A stretch of DNA of 64,000 nucleotides, from NCBI GenBank assembly GCA_013265495.1, contig MU062090.1:3845679-3909678 (forward strand), read 5' to 3'. Made by a program: the position numbers and the translations under genes. Position 1 is the stretch's first letter; every line of letters starts with the position of its first letter. This document shows positions 38,331-51,234 of this stretch, in pieces. The DNA comes from Vicugna vicugna (lineage: Eukaryota). Under the pieces are notes generated by a model. The model searched no databases and was not told where the DNA came from. It saw only the letters and a program-made list of their open reading frames with translations.

Positions 38331-39338
38331 AGGGGAGGTGTTTTTATGCACCAGTTTTTTTTTTTGTTTGTTTATTTGTTTGTTTCAGATTAGTTTTTTT
38401 TGTGCACCTGCAATTTTTAGGACAGTATTACGGATTTGGAGCTAGAAAAATGATTTTAGCTATTAGGGCACCTCCTTGGCCCAGAGTAACACTCCATACA
38501 CCACAAAAGCGTGGGATGTGCACGTACGCGTGTGTAGACTTGGACTGCCTTTAGCTGCAAGGTTACTTACAAACCATAGATTCCCCTCTACCCTAGTGAA
38601 GAGTTGAAAAGATAATATGTCTGTGCACTTCTTGGTTTTATTCCCATTTTAAAACTGCCACTCTGTGATGTCCAGTGGGGTTCAAGAAAGTTTTTGCAGC
38701 CTGCTCACCCACCCAACTCTTGATTTTCAACAAAAGGTCATTGACTTTGCCCCTTTGTGTGTGCCATGCAGAAGTGGCCCCTCTGCTGGCCCCACTCCAG
38801 AGATACTGTCAGGCTCAGCTTTCTCTATGCACGACTTGTCATTGAACTTGACAGTTCTTCTGTTGTGATTACGATGATGACGACAAAAAATAATATGAGT
38901 TAGGACAAGAAAGTTTTGCAGTTTTAAACAAAAATCATGGTTTTTTTTTCTCTCTCTCTCTCATTGCTCTTAACAGCTTTCAGTGGGTTTCTGAAAATTG
39001 AAGATATAAAGCTCTTCGGTTCTTGTAATTAGACACCTTCAACACACAACCTGAGGTAATTTTACAAAATTTAGCCAAAGTTATTTTAAAATTTGCTCCT
39101 ACTCAACAATATGTATGAACTATTCTTTGTTTTTGTTTTCAGTCTTTGTTTACCCGTGGTAGACTAGTTCCTGAATAACTCTGCAGGAGCATGCACTTTC
39201 CTGTTATTAAAGCCACACTTACGAAGAAAGTGTTGTAGACAATGCCCGTTTAATTCTACTCCCTGGCACCGCATCTGCCTTCAAAGTTAAGCTTGGTAAG
39301 TGCCTGGATGACCAAGGTGACCGTGTGGTCATTGTTAC

Positions 39339-39464
39339 CTGGCTGACACCTGGCTCCCATTTGGCCAGGTGGACACTGGCACCCTCCAGTCACTGGGTCA
39401 CACTGTCCTGAGCCACAGGAACACCGCTGGACACAGGCCTGTCCATAGTAATCTTCAGGACAAA
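39339..39464 (-). CDS. EGFEM1: EGF-repeat exon, 126 bp, internally open: CPEDYYGQACVQRCSCGSGQCDPVTGGCQCPPGQMGARCQP
   Basis: cag|TT acceptor at 39466-39465, G|gtaaca donor at 39338-39337, 8 Cys, phase 1-1. Confidence 0.92.
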
Positions 39465-39802
39465 CTGCACAAAGGAGCAAAACAAAGCAGAGCAAAATGA
39501 AACCAGGTTTTGCTTCTTAAAACATTTCTCAAGTCAAGATTTTTAAAAACACGTTATTACATGACCTTTTCTTTTAATCAAATAGGCTTCCCTGACTTGC
39601 CTCCCATTCGGTTTTCAATTTAAAGTTACTTTGTAAAGAACAAGAGAAAAAAGGAACTGTTTAAATGGTTGCTTGCTTAGTGCAATTTTAGTTGACATCA
39701 GGAATTCCATCCAAATACCTAGTGTCCAATACTTACATATGTATTATGATATAAATGACGCTTATAGACTGAGTCTTGCTTTACTGCATGGCTATCTTAG
39801 CT

Positions 39803-39827
39803 TGTGTGTGTGTGTGTGTGTGTGTGT
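39803..39827. repeat. (TG)n microsatellite
   Basis: Uninterrupted TG run. Confidence 0.9.
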
Positions 39828-41611
39828 AATAACCTTGAGGACGTCTCCTCTTAAAGTCTACTATGGAATTTTACCTTACACTTCTGTGCACTGATACAGG
39901 ATGCATTATGCTCATATCTCCAAATATTTATTTATGTATCTATTAATTTATTTGTAACTGTATTGTTTATTGACTAAAAATCAATAAACTTGTTATATTA
40001 CCTTTAATAGATGATATCTATTAAATTAATTTATTACGTGATTTATTCATAAATTAACACAGAATTGTTTGCTTTGCTGCAACCTGATTCCACAACTTCA
40101 TTGAGACGCTTTTACCAAAATACAGATAAAACACAGAAAAAGTAGGTATATGTGAGAATCAAGTGAAGAGAAAATACAGTAACTGTTTATACACAAATAT
40201 CGTAATTCTTTGAACTTGCAAAAGGGGGACTGCAAATTTGGCTCTGACCTCTTTAGCCATCAAAGCAAAGAAGGAAAAGTGCTCTGATACAAGGTCACAG
40301 CTTTCTGAAGACAGAACTGCTCCCAAGATTCAGGGAAGCCATAACTTTTGAAGATGCTTTGGCCTAAGGAAATTCGAAAATTTCTCCAACCATTCTCTAT
40401 GAAGAACAAAACACACAGGAGCCAGTCAGAACCTTCTTTGGGAGATGTTTATGGGTTGGCTTTCACTCAAAGATAACTTGGCCGTTGAGGCCTCAGAGGC
40501 TGTATCCACTAGATTTCAATTTTCTGCTACTTAGAGCCAAGACTGATTCATCTTTTATCCTCAGAACAGAGGAGGACTGAAGCAGGGGAATTAAAATTAC
40601 CCTCATACAAAAGAGACAAAGCAACTACCTTCCTGTGGAAGGGAAGCATCCTGGATATCCCTAACACAATGATTTAGTTCCCTGCCTGATCAAGACTTCA
40701 TTATCCTTCTTCCAATAAAGGAATCTCAAGTCCACAATTACAGTCCTATCTTTAATTCGAGATCTGTTGATGATTCTTTCACTCTTTTCATTGTGAAGTA
40801 CAAGACACAGAATAGTACACAAAAAACATAAATGCTCAGATCAGTGACGGATCACAAATTAAACATTCTCTTCAGCAAGACATAGGTCAAAGAACACAAC
40901 ACTGCCAGGCCCATCCCCACCGTGCACTCTCCTCGTTGCCTCTGCCATCCTCCCTGAAGATCATCCTGACCTTGCAAGCTGTCCAAACATTTAGAAAATC
41001 GCAGATCTGATGAAAGCAAAATGTATTTGCTAAGGATAGCCCTGCAATGTCTAATCCCGCTCATTTTTAAGGAATCTTTAATTTATATTGGGTCCCTTAA
41101 ACTTTATGTCAATAGTTGTTTTTATGATAGGTAGTTAAGGTCTTCAGATTTTTGGGAACTGGTTATTTATTGGTAAGTAAGGAAACTACTCAATTTTGAG
41201 CTGGAAAATTACTAAGGATAAATGAAATTGTGGAACTTTGGACAATGAGTTTGACATTGTGCATGTAGGAATCTCCAGTCTGCTCTGATCTTGCCAAACA
41301 GATTTGCCAAACAGATTTTCTTATCCTGGCTTGAGTCCAGCATTGCTGAGGCAAGAGAGATTGTGACCAAAGGGCTCTCTTTGGCTGCCTTCACTGACTT
41401 CAGCTCTCAATCAAACTCCTGCTGTTAGTACTCATCAACCTAGAATTTAGGTCAGTTGGTGTTTGCTGTTATTGCAATTATCATGTAAAATAAATGCAAC
41501 AATATTTACTCTGTACATGCAGTTCTTAAAGACTCTGCAGCTCTCAAAACCTCTGCTTTTACCATATAGCAAACTTAGCATATCTACTTCATAGGAGGTA
41601 GAATGACTTAC

Positions 41612-41740
41612 TTTGACTGCAGTCGGCCCCTATGAAGCCAGGAGGGCAGTCACAGGTGCCAGTCACAGTGTCACAGCTGCCACCATTCAGGCACTTACAC
41701 TTCCTTTGGCAATATGGACCATAAGTGACATTTGGGCATC
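41612..41740 (-). CDS. EGFEM1: EGF-repeat exon, 129 bp, internally open: [42 protein letters not shown]; its junction codon with the upstream exon is TGA
   Basis: cag|GA acceptor at 41742-41741, A|gtaagt donor at 41611-41610, 8 Cys. Not in the supplied ORF track; translated by hand. Confidence 0.92.
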
Positions 41741-44700
41741 CTGTTGAATGAAGGAGAACAAAATTACATGTGATAATGTAACTTGAAACAACCAGTGTTT
41801 AAATTCATGTCTATAGACATGTGGTTAACTCAACACTCCAATTACTGTTCTTTAGTATTTTCAATTACCTTCAAGCTATTGGTTCAAGGCATGGATGTAT
41901 CTGAGGATATGAGCTGATATAGATGGATGCCTTGGAAATATAGAGGGGGATATAAAGTTCCTGATGCTGTTCATTAATAAGATATAGAATTCTTAACTTT
42001 GAGCTTCCTTGGACATCTATCTACTTTTAGAGAATGCTCAGAATAAATACCAAAGAATTCTATTTCATTCCAGCTCAGATAAATTCATGATTTCAATTAA
42101 TGCTTAAGTGTTATAGATTGTTTTACCTGGATTGATCTCGGTTTAATGCCAGTAAGAATTCAAAATGGCAGCAAGCATAGAGGAAGCATCTTCTCAGTTT
42201 TCTACTGTCATATCCATGGATGTATGACCTACCATGATGATACCTGTGTAAGAGACAGATAAACGGCCAGACTTTATTATAAAAGGAGACTGAACAAGGC
42301 AAAGAGTGACCTAAAGACCACATTATCTGTGCAATGATTGAAAGATTGGGGCTGTTTAGCTAGCCAGGAGAAAATCGACCTAAGAAGATAGAACTTGTCT
42401 TCAAACATGGAAAGAAAGTCTTATAGAAAAGGAGGAAGGCAGATTTTATCTCAGTAAAGAACTACTTTCTGAAGGGGCTGTCCAGGATTGGAATAAGGCT
42501 TTTTCAGGAGGTAATGAGTTACTCGTCCTTGTAGGAGTTCAAGCAGAGATAGGATAACTACCTAGCAGAGAAAAGGCAGTGGGGATACAAGCACTTGATT
42601 AACTTTGAAGCATGTCCAACTGTGACCTTCTCCTGTTCTATGAAATGTCTTATACTTTGAAGTCTTAAAATCATAGAAGTTTGTTTCAAGAGAACTCAGA
42701 CCCATCTGGTTCAACTCTTATTTCAAGATAAAGAAGTTGAAGCCTTCATGGTAAAGTGACTTGAAATAGTTACTGCACGAAATCCTTTCACCTGTTAAAG
42801 ATCACCTTCCTTATTCTTGTCATATATTTAAAATATAAGGCTGTAGGAAGTTCTGAATAGACTTTGGTTTGAACCCTATATCTTCTACTTGCTAGTGCTG
42901 TGGCCTTGAGTGAGTCCTTTATTTGAACTTCTGGGTCTTCATTCCCAAAGGGGATGACAACAGAATCCCAGGCCCACATGTGCACGAGTAGAGCATCTAG
43001 CTTATTGCCAAACTCAGACAGCTCCCGAGCGAGTGGTAGACATTATTTTCATTCATGGTGGCAGGATCGCTGGTGGACATATGGCCTTTCTGTACCTGCC
43101 TGCTTGAGTCCAAAGGTGTGGTATTTGCCTTAAGTCCTTCCTCTTGGAATACATTTTCACTTGGAAGCACAGCACTAAAATTGACTGAACTGGAGACTAG
43201 ACGACACTCGCTTCCTCCCCTTTTATCTTGTATTTTCAGGTAAGAATCAGATGGTGCAGAACATTTTTGAGTATTGCACATGTAGCAGGCTTTAGAGGTT
43301 TAGAAGCCGAAGAATGGTTTTTATTGAGATTCAGATTGTTTGTAATCCACATGTATACCCTGTCCTAAAGCCCACGGTCTCACCTTGAGTCTCAGACTCA
43401 AAGAATGGCTTCTTCTTCTCTCCCTTCTCTTTGAGTTTTAAAATGAAATTCTCCACGATGGAGATGAAAGCCAAACACCTAAAATCACTTCTTACCAAGG
43501 GCTATTTCTCTGTTGTAGCTGCTGTATTTCTTTATTTCTTTCTATGAAATTGATGAGTGCATTTCACATTCTCTTCCCTCCCTCCAAGGGATGTCAGTTC
43601 TCACAGCAAAGGAACCCTTCTTTGGTACAGCATTCTTTAGTCCTCCTAAGGAGTTATTTTTCTCCCTCACAAAAATTCAATAGAGTATACCTAAAAACTG
43701 ACTAGTGATTAAAAAAAGAGTATCTATCTTCTCTTCTCTTGTTCACCAAGATCTAAAATGCTTTCATGTTGATCTGGGTCAATCTTTTAGAATGTAATTT
43801 TTTTAAATCCCTTTTTTTAAGTTATTTTTTATGGAAGTACAGTTTTTATCATTACTATGTGTGATGCTTAAAAAAGAACGTTTAGTTGTTTGATATTAGA
43901 GAAAATACAAAGCAAGCTAAAGGTATGTAGTGTGAAACAATGAAGTCTGGTATGTACTGCCAGCATGTTGGTTCCAAAAAAGGAGGTTAAATTAAAGAGT
44001 TGACTGGTATAGAAAATGCTGTAGACGCATAACTGGGAAGTGAAATGTGACATAAACTTTTGTGCAAATGGGGAAAAGGGAAACACTTGGTAAAGTGAAA
44101 CTTATATACTTATTAATGAGGAAAATATTAAACTGTGGACATAATGATGGGTATAAAAGAATCAGAATCTCAGTTAAAAGGTAAAAAGAGTTATGTGTAA
44201 TTATTGGATGAATTTATATGACATACATGTAAAAATCTGTATTTTGAGACCATTTTCATTTGAGTTGAAGTTACTTGGAATACATAATTTCTCTCTGACA
44301 TACACTCATTTTTCAAACTATCTGAATGGTGGTTTTGCATTTGATAAAATCATTCCTTGCTGTTCCTTCTTGGTATATAGCCTTCAACTTAATTATCCTT
44401 TTGAAACTGGGACACTGAACTTGATGCAATTAACCTACTAATGAGTATAACATTTGTTGAAAGACAGTATATGCACTAACCTCTTGGTCCCACAACTCGT
44501 TAAATTTATATGAAAGTACGGTATGTGTTTACAAAAGTACGCATAACTTTTTTCCCCAAGAATAAGTTATTTCACTAACAGTTCCACTTTCTCATATAAC
44601 CCTGTAGCTACATGAAAGGTTGACTTCTGGAATCATGCACACATCCCTTGCTCAGATGTTCACTAAATTTAACAAGGAAACGCACGCCCAGGACGCACTG

Positions 44701-47095
44701 ATTTCACTTGGCTTGTTTGAGTGTGTGGTCTCCCCTCCTTCATTTCCTAAAGTTCCATTTTGATCATTACTTGGCCTTTGCTCTATTCTTTACAATGATT
44801 TCTCCCAGGAAAGTTTGTTCCTCTAGCAAGGGATATTTAGTTCTTTTCCATTAGAAATTTCCGATTTTTCCCCAGCCTTGCACCATCCCTTCTGCACGAA
44901 GGAGACTGACTAGGAAGAAGCTTGGAAATGAATTCACAGTTCTGATTTCTTTAAATATTAAAGGCTAATGATATACCATGATGATGTGAGTGACACTTGG
45001 TAGTTTTATTAGGCGCTTAAAACAAGCAAGGTTGAAACTGTATCCTGAGACACAGTTCAGAAGCAAATGAAAAGCATGAATCTGTTTTTCACAGTCTGTT
45101 TTCCTAGCAGTACTTGACCAGATTACTCACACATCCACCAGCCACAGTTACACAGTTTTGTTTTATTCTTACAAAGAGATGCTAAGATTTGGTCTGTCTG
45201 AATTTTTAATGCTAGGAGCCAGAGCATGAATGCCAAGCTTCCATGCAAATGTCTTGACATCCTCCTCCTGGCACAGATGAGCTATCCTGCGGCCCATGTT
45301 TCTCAAAGCAACCTAAGCCAAGTGTAAGAGTGTTCTTGTGAATACTGTCAACAGACCTGCCTGTAGTTCTTAGAGGACTCCAGTGCCTTATATCCTCTCA
45401 AAATGGGGTCTAATAAATAGTGTGCAGGTTGGAGAAAAAGAAAATGTCCATATTCTGTAGTCACTTTACAGTTTCCCGTCAGCCAGAAAATGCACAGCAT
45501 GGTGAGCTGCCATCTACCGAGCAGCCTGTCTGTGCTTGCCCGCACGCCGGCCACAGACGGGGACTGACCTGCCCATTACGAACCGTGGACAAGCGGTGAG
45601 ATTCCTACTGCGAGTTTGTCTGCTTCCTCTGACCGCTGCCTTGAGAACATTTTGATTCTCCACTCGGAACTTGAGAACATGAAAGCCGGGTTGTTTTTGG
45701 CTGCTGAAACTTTTGCTCTTGCGCCAGCTACACCTTTTATGGATATTTTCTTGAACCCTTTTTCATTGTCCTGTAATTACAGTGGATGTAGCCAAGGAAC
45801 CTTTGCAGCAGCTTCCAACCACGTGTTGCCTGGAACCGAGCCCATCTGACTAGTCAGGGAGCGGCTCCCGGCCTCAGCTTTGCTTTTACAAGGTGAAGCT
45901 CCCCTCCTGCAACCCAAGGTAGCTCGCCTTCAGGAACGGTAGTACCACCAGCTTTCTGTAACTTCATTTCCTTTAATTCAGATGAAAATATCCTTGCTCT
46001 CAAGAAGAAATTCTTCTTGAGAAATGTGACAGAATCAGATGGGAGGAAGTAACTCCTTTCTTCCACTACGAGGGTGCTTGAAATTTGCCATGACCAAAAA
46101 GTAATTGAAATTTTACTCATTTTATATTTTAGTTCTTCATTTTAAGTTTGAATAACGCAACGGTTATGGGTTCTGTGGGTGTATGAAACCATTTTCGTAC
46201 ACGCGTTATTGTGTTTTTAGCTGGTATTACTTAACATTGGGACAAATGTGAGAAGTGATATTCAAAATATATATCTATGGCTTGTAGAAAATGAAAACTA
46301 ATATCTTGACCATAAGTCTATGTTTTATGGATGGCGTTTTTTGGAGGGGATCCAAAAATCATCCTTAGACGTGCAGAATTAGGAAAGGAAAGAAGAAAAA
46401 ACCATCTGCTGTAGGAGCGACCAGGGAGGAGAGAGAGCAGCACCGGCCACGTTGGGGGAAAAACGAAACTGAGGCCAAATCATTTTATTCTTAAACCTAT
46501 AAAAAGTACATTATAAATAATTACGAGCTTAAAAATTAAGTAGCTGACTGAACATTTTAACATGCTCCTTGGGACTTTTTATCGTGTGTTCTCCTGTAAC
46601 CGTTTCGATGTTAAAATGTCCTAACAAATCAATATAAGGTGTTTGGTCCGAGGGACTACTCTTTTTTATTACACAACAATGAGCCAACTGGCACTCTGTC
46701 ATTTAAGCAAGTCATTGTTTTTGTTCCAGAATAACAATTTGTTTAATTTGATTGTTCCTAAGCAGATCCTGGAACCGACTTACTTCATGAATCACTCGAA
46801 ATATGTTGCCATTTGCTATGCATTGCTTTATAATAATCAGTATATATTTCCTTCTTTATTTATTTTTCTTTATTTCTTTCTTGTCTTTTTCTTGGGGATA
46901 TTTTGAATAGAAAAGGCAAAACAGGAGAACGAGCTACACAGAAAAGTGTTTTCAACCATTCCACTAAAAATCCCCACAAGACTTGCTATGAATTAGAAGC
47001 TTGAATTAACATTTGCTCTTTAGCATTCTGAGTGATGACCCACCCTACCAGTGTCTCCACAATAAATTATAAACCAAAGCACAGAACACACTTAC

Positions 47096-47227
47096 AGAGA
47101 TGACAGTGGTTTCCATGGTAGCCAGGCAGACAGGTACATCTCCGGGTGACTGGGTGACACTCCTCATTCTCTGCTGGGCACTGACATACCTGTTTACAGT
47201 CCCTCCCATATGTGCCTGGTGGACAAA
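47096..47227 (-). CDS. EGFEM1: EGF-repeat exon, 132 bp, internally open: CPPGTYGRDCKQVCQCPAENEECHPVTRRCTCLPGYHGNHCHL (belongs to the probably disabled gene)
   Basis: ttag|TT acceptor at 47229-47228, T|gtaagt donor at 47095-47094, all 8 Cys present, phase 1-1. Confidence 0.92.
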
Positions 47228-47262
47228 CTAAGGGAAGGAGGAAATGTAAACCCAATGAATTA

Positions 47263-47442
47263 NNNNNNNNNNNNNNNNNNNNNNNNNNNNNNNNNNNNNN
47301 NNNNNNNNNNNNNNNNNNNNNNNNNNNNNNNNNNNNNNNNNNNNNNNNNNNNNNNNNNNNNNNNNNNNNNNNNNNNNNNNNNNNNNNNNNNNNNNNNNNN
47401 NNNNNNNNNNNNNNNNNNNNNNNNNNNNNNNNNNNNNNNNNN
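47263..47442. other. Assembly gap (N run)
   Basis: 180 N, starting about 35 nt upstream (gene orientation) of the 47227 exon acceptor. Confidence 0.99.
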
Positions 47443-48507
47443 GCTGCAATTTTCTTGTCACTGAAGAAAATCATAGGGTGATGTCAGGTAAAATCAACTA
47501 AAATAATAGTATAATTCATGAGGGACCACATATCTGGGTAAAGATATTTTTTTCTGGCGCAGCCAGTTTAAATCCTCAAGGCTGTTTCTCTCTGCACATT
47601 AGCATGTACTGTATTCGTGTCACTTGTCAGCTTCTCTGCTGTTTCGTGCTGTTTTCTTTTTACAGGCCAAGCAGTAAAAGCTTTCCCTCCAACTTCTAAA
47701 TAATATCGTGCCACTTTGCTAAGAAAATAGAAAGGCTTTCTCAGTATTTTTCAGCTTACAATATGGAGTCAAGTAGACATTTTGAGTTCATGGTTGTGTC
47801 TGATGACAATTCAAACAAATTCAGTTTAAAAAAATCAGACCATTTAGGTTACTGCAGACTTAAAGTGGAATAATAATTCCTGGATCAGCCTTTTAATTTA
47901 GCACCTTAGGGGTTTGGCAGCATGAAACAATAAGCCTTTTAAAAAGACCTCATACTGGAGAGGTTATTGATTGTCTTGTTCACTGCATCCATGTGTTTTG
48001 TTGGCTGCCCTGTGTGCCTGGGGTGTCATTTGTTTTCTTAGCATCACTATCCTTAAGAATATTTCATCTTCCAGTGTTCTTTTTAAGTAAAAAAATGACA
48101 GCAGTGACAGAAATTCTTACTTTAAGGGCCATTGGTTGTTTGCCTAGGATTAAAAACAAAAGACTAATGAAACACAAGGTGATGAATCAAAAAAAGGAGA
48201 TTTTTTCCCCTCCCTATCTTGACTGAGATATGTACAAATAAGGGAGCACTGGGTGGAATCTGACTCAGCATCGGAACAGCTCATTACACAGTGTACTGCT
48301 GGTCTAGACATTCTTTTATCTAAGAATCACTGATTGTTCAAATATGTATGGTACAAGCACTTTCCCTGAACTTGCCAGGTATACCAAAAAGCACATCTGG
48401 CTTTGCTGTCTGAAAAGTTTATTGACTTTGTTAATAAGTGGCTATGCAAGAAAACTGATCGTGGCATCTCAGAGGTGACTGGGAGTGGGTGTTTGTGATA
48501 TTCTTAC

Positions 48508-48584
48508 TTCCATCACGTCGTCGCCAGTAAACCCAGGAGAGCATCCCCTACGTTCCACTGTGACATGATGAAAGGTGCTCCCTA
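48508..48584 (-). pseudogene. Heavily decayed, 5'-deleted EGF exon remnant (77 bp): GSTFHHVTVERRGCSPGFTGDD
   Basis: Resembles the expected CHHVTGACRCPPGFTG repeat and lies in the correct colinear slot. Bounded by tttcag| and |gtaaga. Only 1 Cys remains and the length is frame-breaking. Confidence 0.7.
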
Positions 48585-48944
48585 CTGAAAGGCTCACAAA
48601 CAATCGGAAAAATCAAAATGTATCTCATAAAGGCTTCCAGTAACTTTGGAAACCAAGAGCTGCACATATTACAAATTCTTCCCGTCACTGGGAAGACCTG
48701 TTTTTGCCAGGGGGTTATGTGAGCATGAAGCTTGATCCTCCCACAGCAAATACGGAGACAAAACCCTGTGCTCTGAGGAGATCAGTAACATGACAGGGTT
48801 TGTGTAGTAAGTGCCAATATCTCCATCTAATTAGCCATTTCCCATCTTGAGGTATGGGGCCAACTGGCACTGAGGGGCTTTGAGGGGAGTGACATTCCAA
48901 TGGATCTGCTCTGAGACACAGAACCATCATAAAGGTTGTGTGGT

Positions 48945-49150
48945 CTAGAGGAAATGGTGTGAACTTTGAGCCACTTGGGCCCAGCATGACTATGGACGTT
49001 GTTACTGACTTTAAACAGTTATTTAAGCTCTAAGACCCTCAATTTCCTCTTCTGTACAGTGTGATTAATAAAATCTATCTCATAGATTGCTATGAGGAGT
49101 AACCTAGTAGACATAGTGACATATAGGAATCTCATAGCACCTCAGTAAAG
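48945..49150 (+). mobile_element. MIR SINE
   Basis: ctcaatttcctcttctgtacagtgtgattaataaaatctatctcatagattgctatgagg. Confidence 0.6.
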
Positions 49151-50387
49151 TTTGTTTCCTTTCCATTGAAACCCTTATATTTAAAATCAGAATCAACTTT
49201 TCAATAAAGATGCTGTATTTGGGCAAAAACCGTAGACACATTCAGAATAATATGAGGAAAATACCTAATATTCAAAGACTATCTTTACATGAGTCTGCAA
49301 GATTCTTTCAAAAAAAAAAAACTCATTGAAATCACATGAAGTTTCTGAAACACATGTAAGTAAAATTTATCCATATTCTCAATAATTGTACTGTATTTTG
49401 AATCTTCACTAAAAATAATTTACAAATGTTAACCACTTCTCCATCCCAAGAAGAGCTCAGGCATGTCCTTAGCTTTGATTCTTGAACTCCAGTGGAATCA
49501 AAATTGCAGAAGGTATAAATAATTACTCAGGAAAAATTGATCTCTTGAAGTTCTTAAAATTAGTTCTTAAATAGATGTTCAAGTGTCTTTGAAGGAATTT
49601 ACTGAAAAGCAATAAAGTGAAAATGGAAATAAAAGCAAGAAAAAGCATTCTAAGTGTTATTAAAGAGAACTTTTGAGAAATATTAGAGTATTTCTTAGAT
49701 TATATACACACGATGAAAAGTATCAATTGGTATCTGGCTAAATAATAATGACTTTGCCTAAGACTTCAGAGGAAAACAAAATTTAATGCAAAGCCTGCTT
49801 CATGTCCTCCGAAAGAGAAGGTGGTGTGTTGGTTTATTGCCCCATGATCCCAGATGGACTGCATATGGGGCATGCTTCCCACCCATTGTACAAGACATGC
49901 AGAATTCTGGAATGTTCTCATTCAGCCAAGAAATATCTCCTGGATACCTTCTATGTGCCAGATTCATAACAGTGAGCAAAAACAAACATGGTGCTGTACC
50001 CATCAAGCTTGCAACAGTAGAAAGAGAAACATGATAAAATGATCATTCAAAAAATGTCTAATTTTAAAATGTTATAAGGGGGTAGAGTGCTATGAGAGAG
50101 AACAGCATGAGGGACCCCAACATGGATTGGCAGGCAGAGAATGGGCTGTGTTCAGTTCCAGGTGTTCCCTTTGAGGAGATCACCATTCAACAGATCTGAA
50201 ACACTAGAGAGAACATATGTAGTGGGAAGGGGGAGAAGGAAAAAAAAGAGTAGGAAGGAGAAAAAATTTCCAGAGGGAAAGCCCCAGACACACAGGAGTT
50301 ACTGATACACTCCTAAACAGTGTGTTGGCAATGATACGTATATACGTATGTTAGGCAGTGGTCAGGCTTACATTATTATAAATGTTT

Positions 50388-50813
50388 CCACGTTAGTTCC
50401 CTATGGCTGCTATAACAAATTATCACAAATTTAGTGGCTTTAAAAAACACGAGTTTTCTATCTCACAGTTCTGGAGGTCAGACGTCTAGTATCAAAGTAT
50501 TGGCAGCGCTGTGTTCCTTCTGGAGACTTGTGGGGAGGATCTGTCTCCCAGCCTCTTCCAGCTCCTAGAACCCACCTGTATTCCTTGGCTTGTGGCCACT
50601 GTCTCCCTCTTCTAGGCCAGCAGCTTAGCTGCTGCTTCCTACTCTGATCCTTTTTGATACCAGGCCAACCAGAAAAATCTTATCTCAAAATCCTTAACTT
50701 AATCACCCCTGCAAACTCCCATTTTGCATGTAAAATAACATATTGCATATTGACAGATTCCAGGAATTAGGACAAGGACATGGACATCTTTGAGGGTCCA
50801 TTATTAGCCTACC
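50388..50813 (-). mobile_element. ERVL-MaLR (MLT1-like) solo LTR
   Basis: ttagttccctatggctgctataacaaattatcacaaatttagtggc..tctcacagttctggagg is the reverse-orientation MLT1 end. Confidence 0.75.
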
Positions 50814-51234
50814 ATAATCTCTGCATTCCCGGGTGTTTTAAGCAGCCTGTAATTTATCCTTAGATATCATGCTATTACACAGACTTATGTTCTTAACAAG
50901 AGCCTGTTGCACAAGTCTTTACAGAGATCAATACAAATACTTTAAAAACTATATAATATAAAAATATATGGAAAATCTATGATCAATTATTAATTTTTTT
51001 ATTCAATGGATCCAAAGATGAGTTTTAATATAATGTCACCTTGAGAATGGCTTGGGATTCTTGGGAGAAGGTCAGGAACCAGCAAGACCTGGGGAAGCAG
51101 CTTGAGTACCCAGATATACTTACAGTGAGACTCAGGAAGAAGGGACATTTCAAGGGCTAAAACTGACAGAAATAAAAGACTAAATGCAGATCACAGTGGA
51201 AGTTTCTAGACCATGAACTGCTTGCTCTTCTTAG

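Noticed and set aside
47067-47481. Long ORFs spanning N runs (also 61608-62042)
   Set aside because: These are artefacts of translating gaps; only the 47096-47227 exon portion is real.
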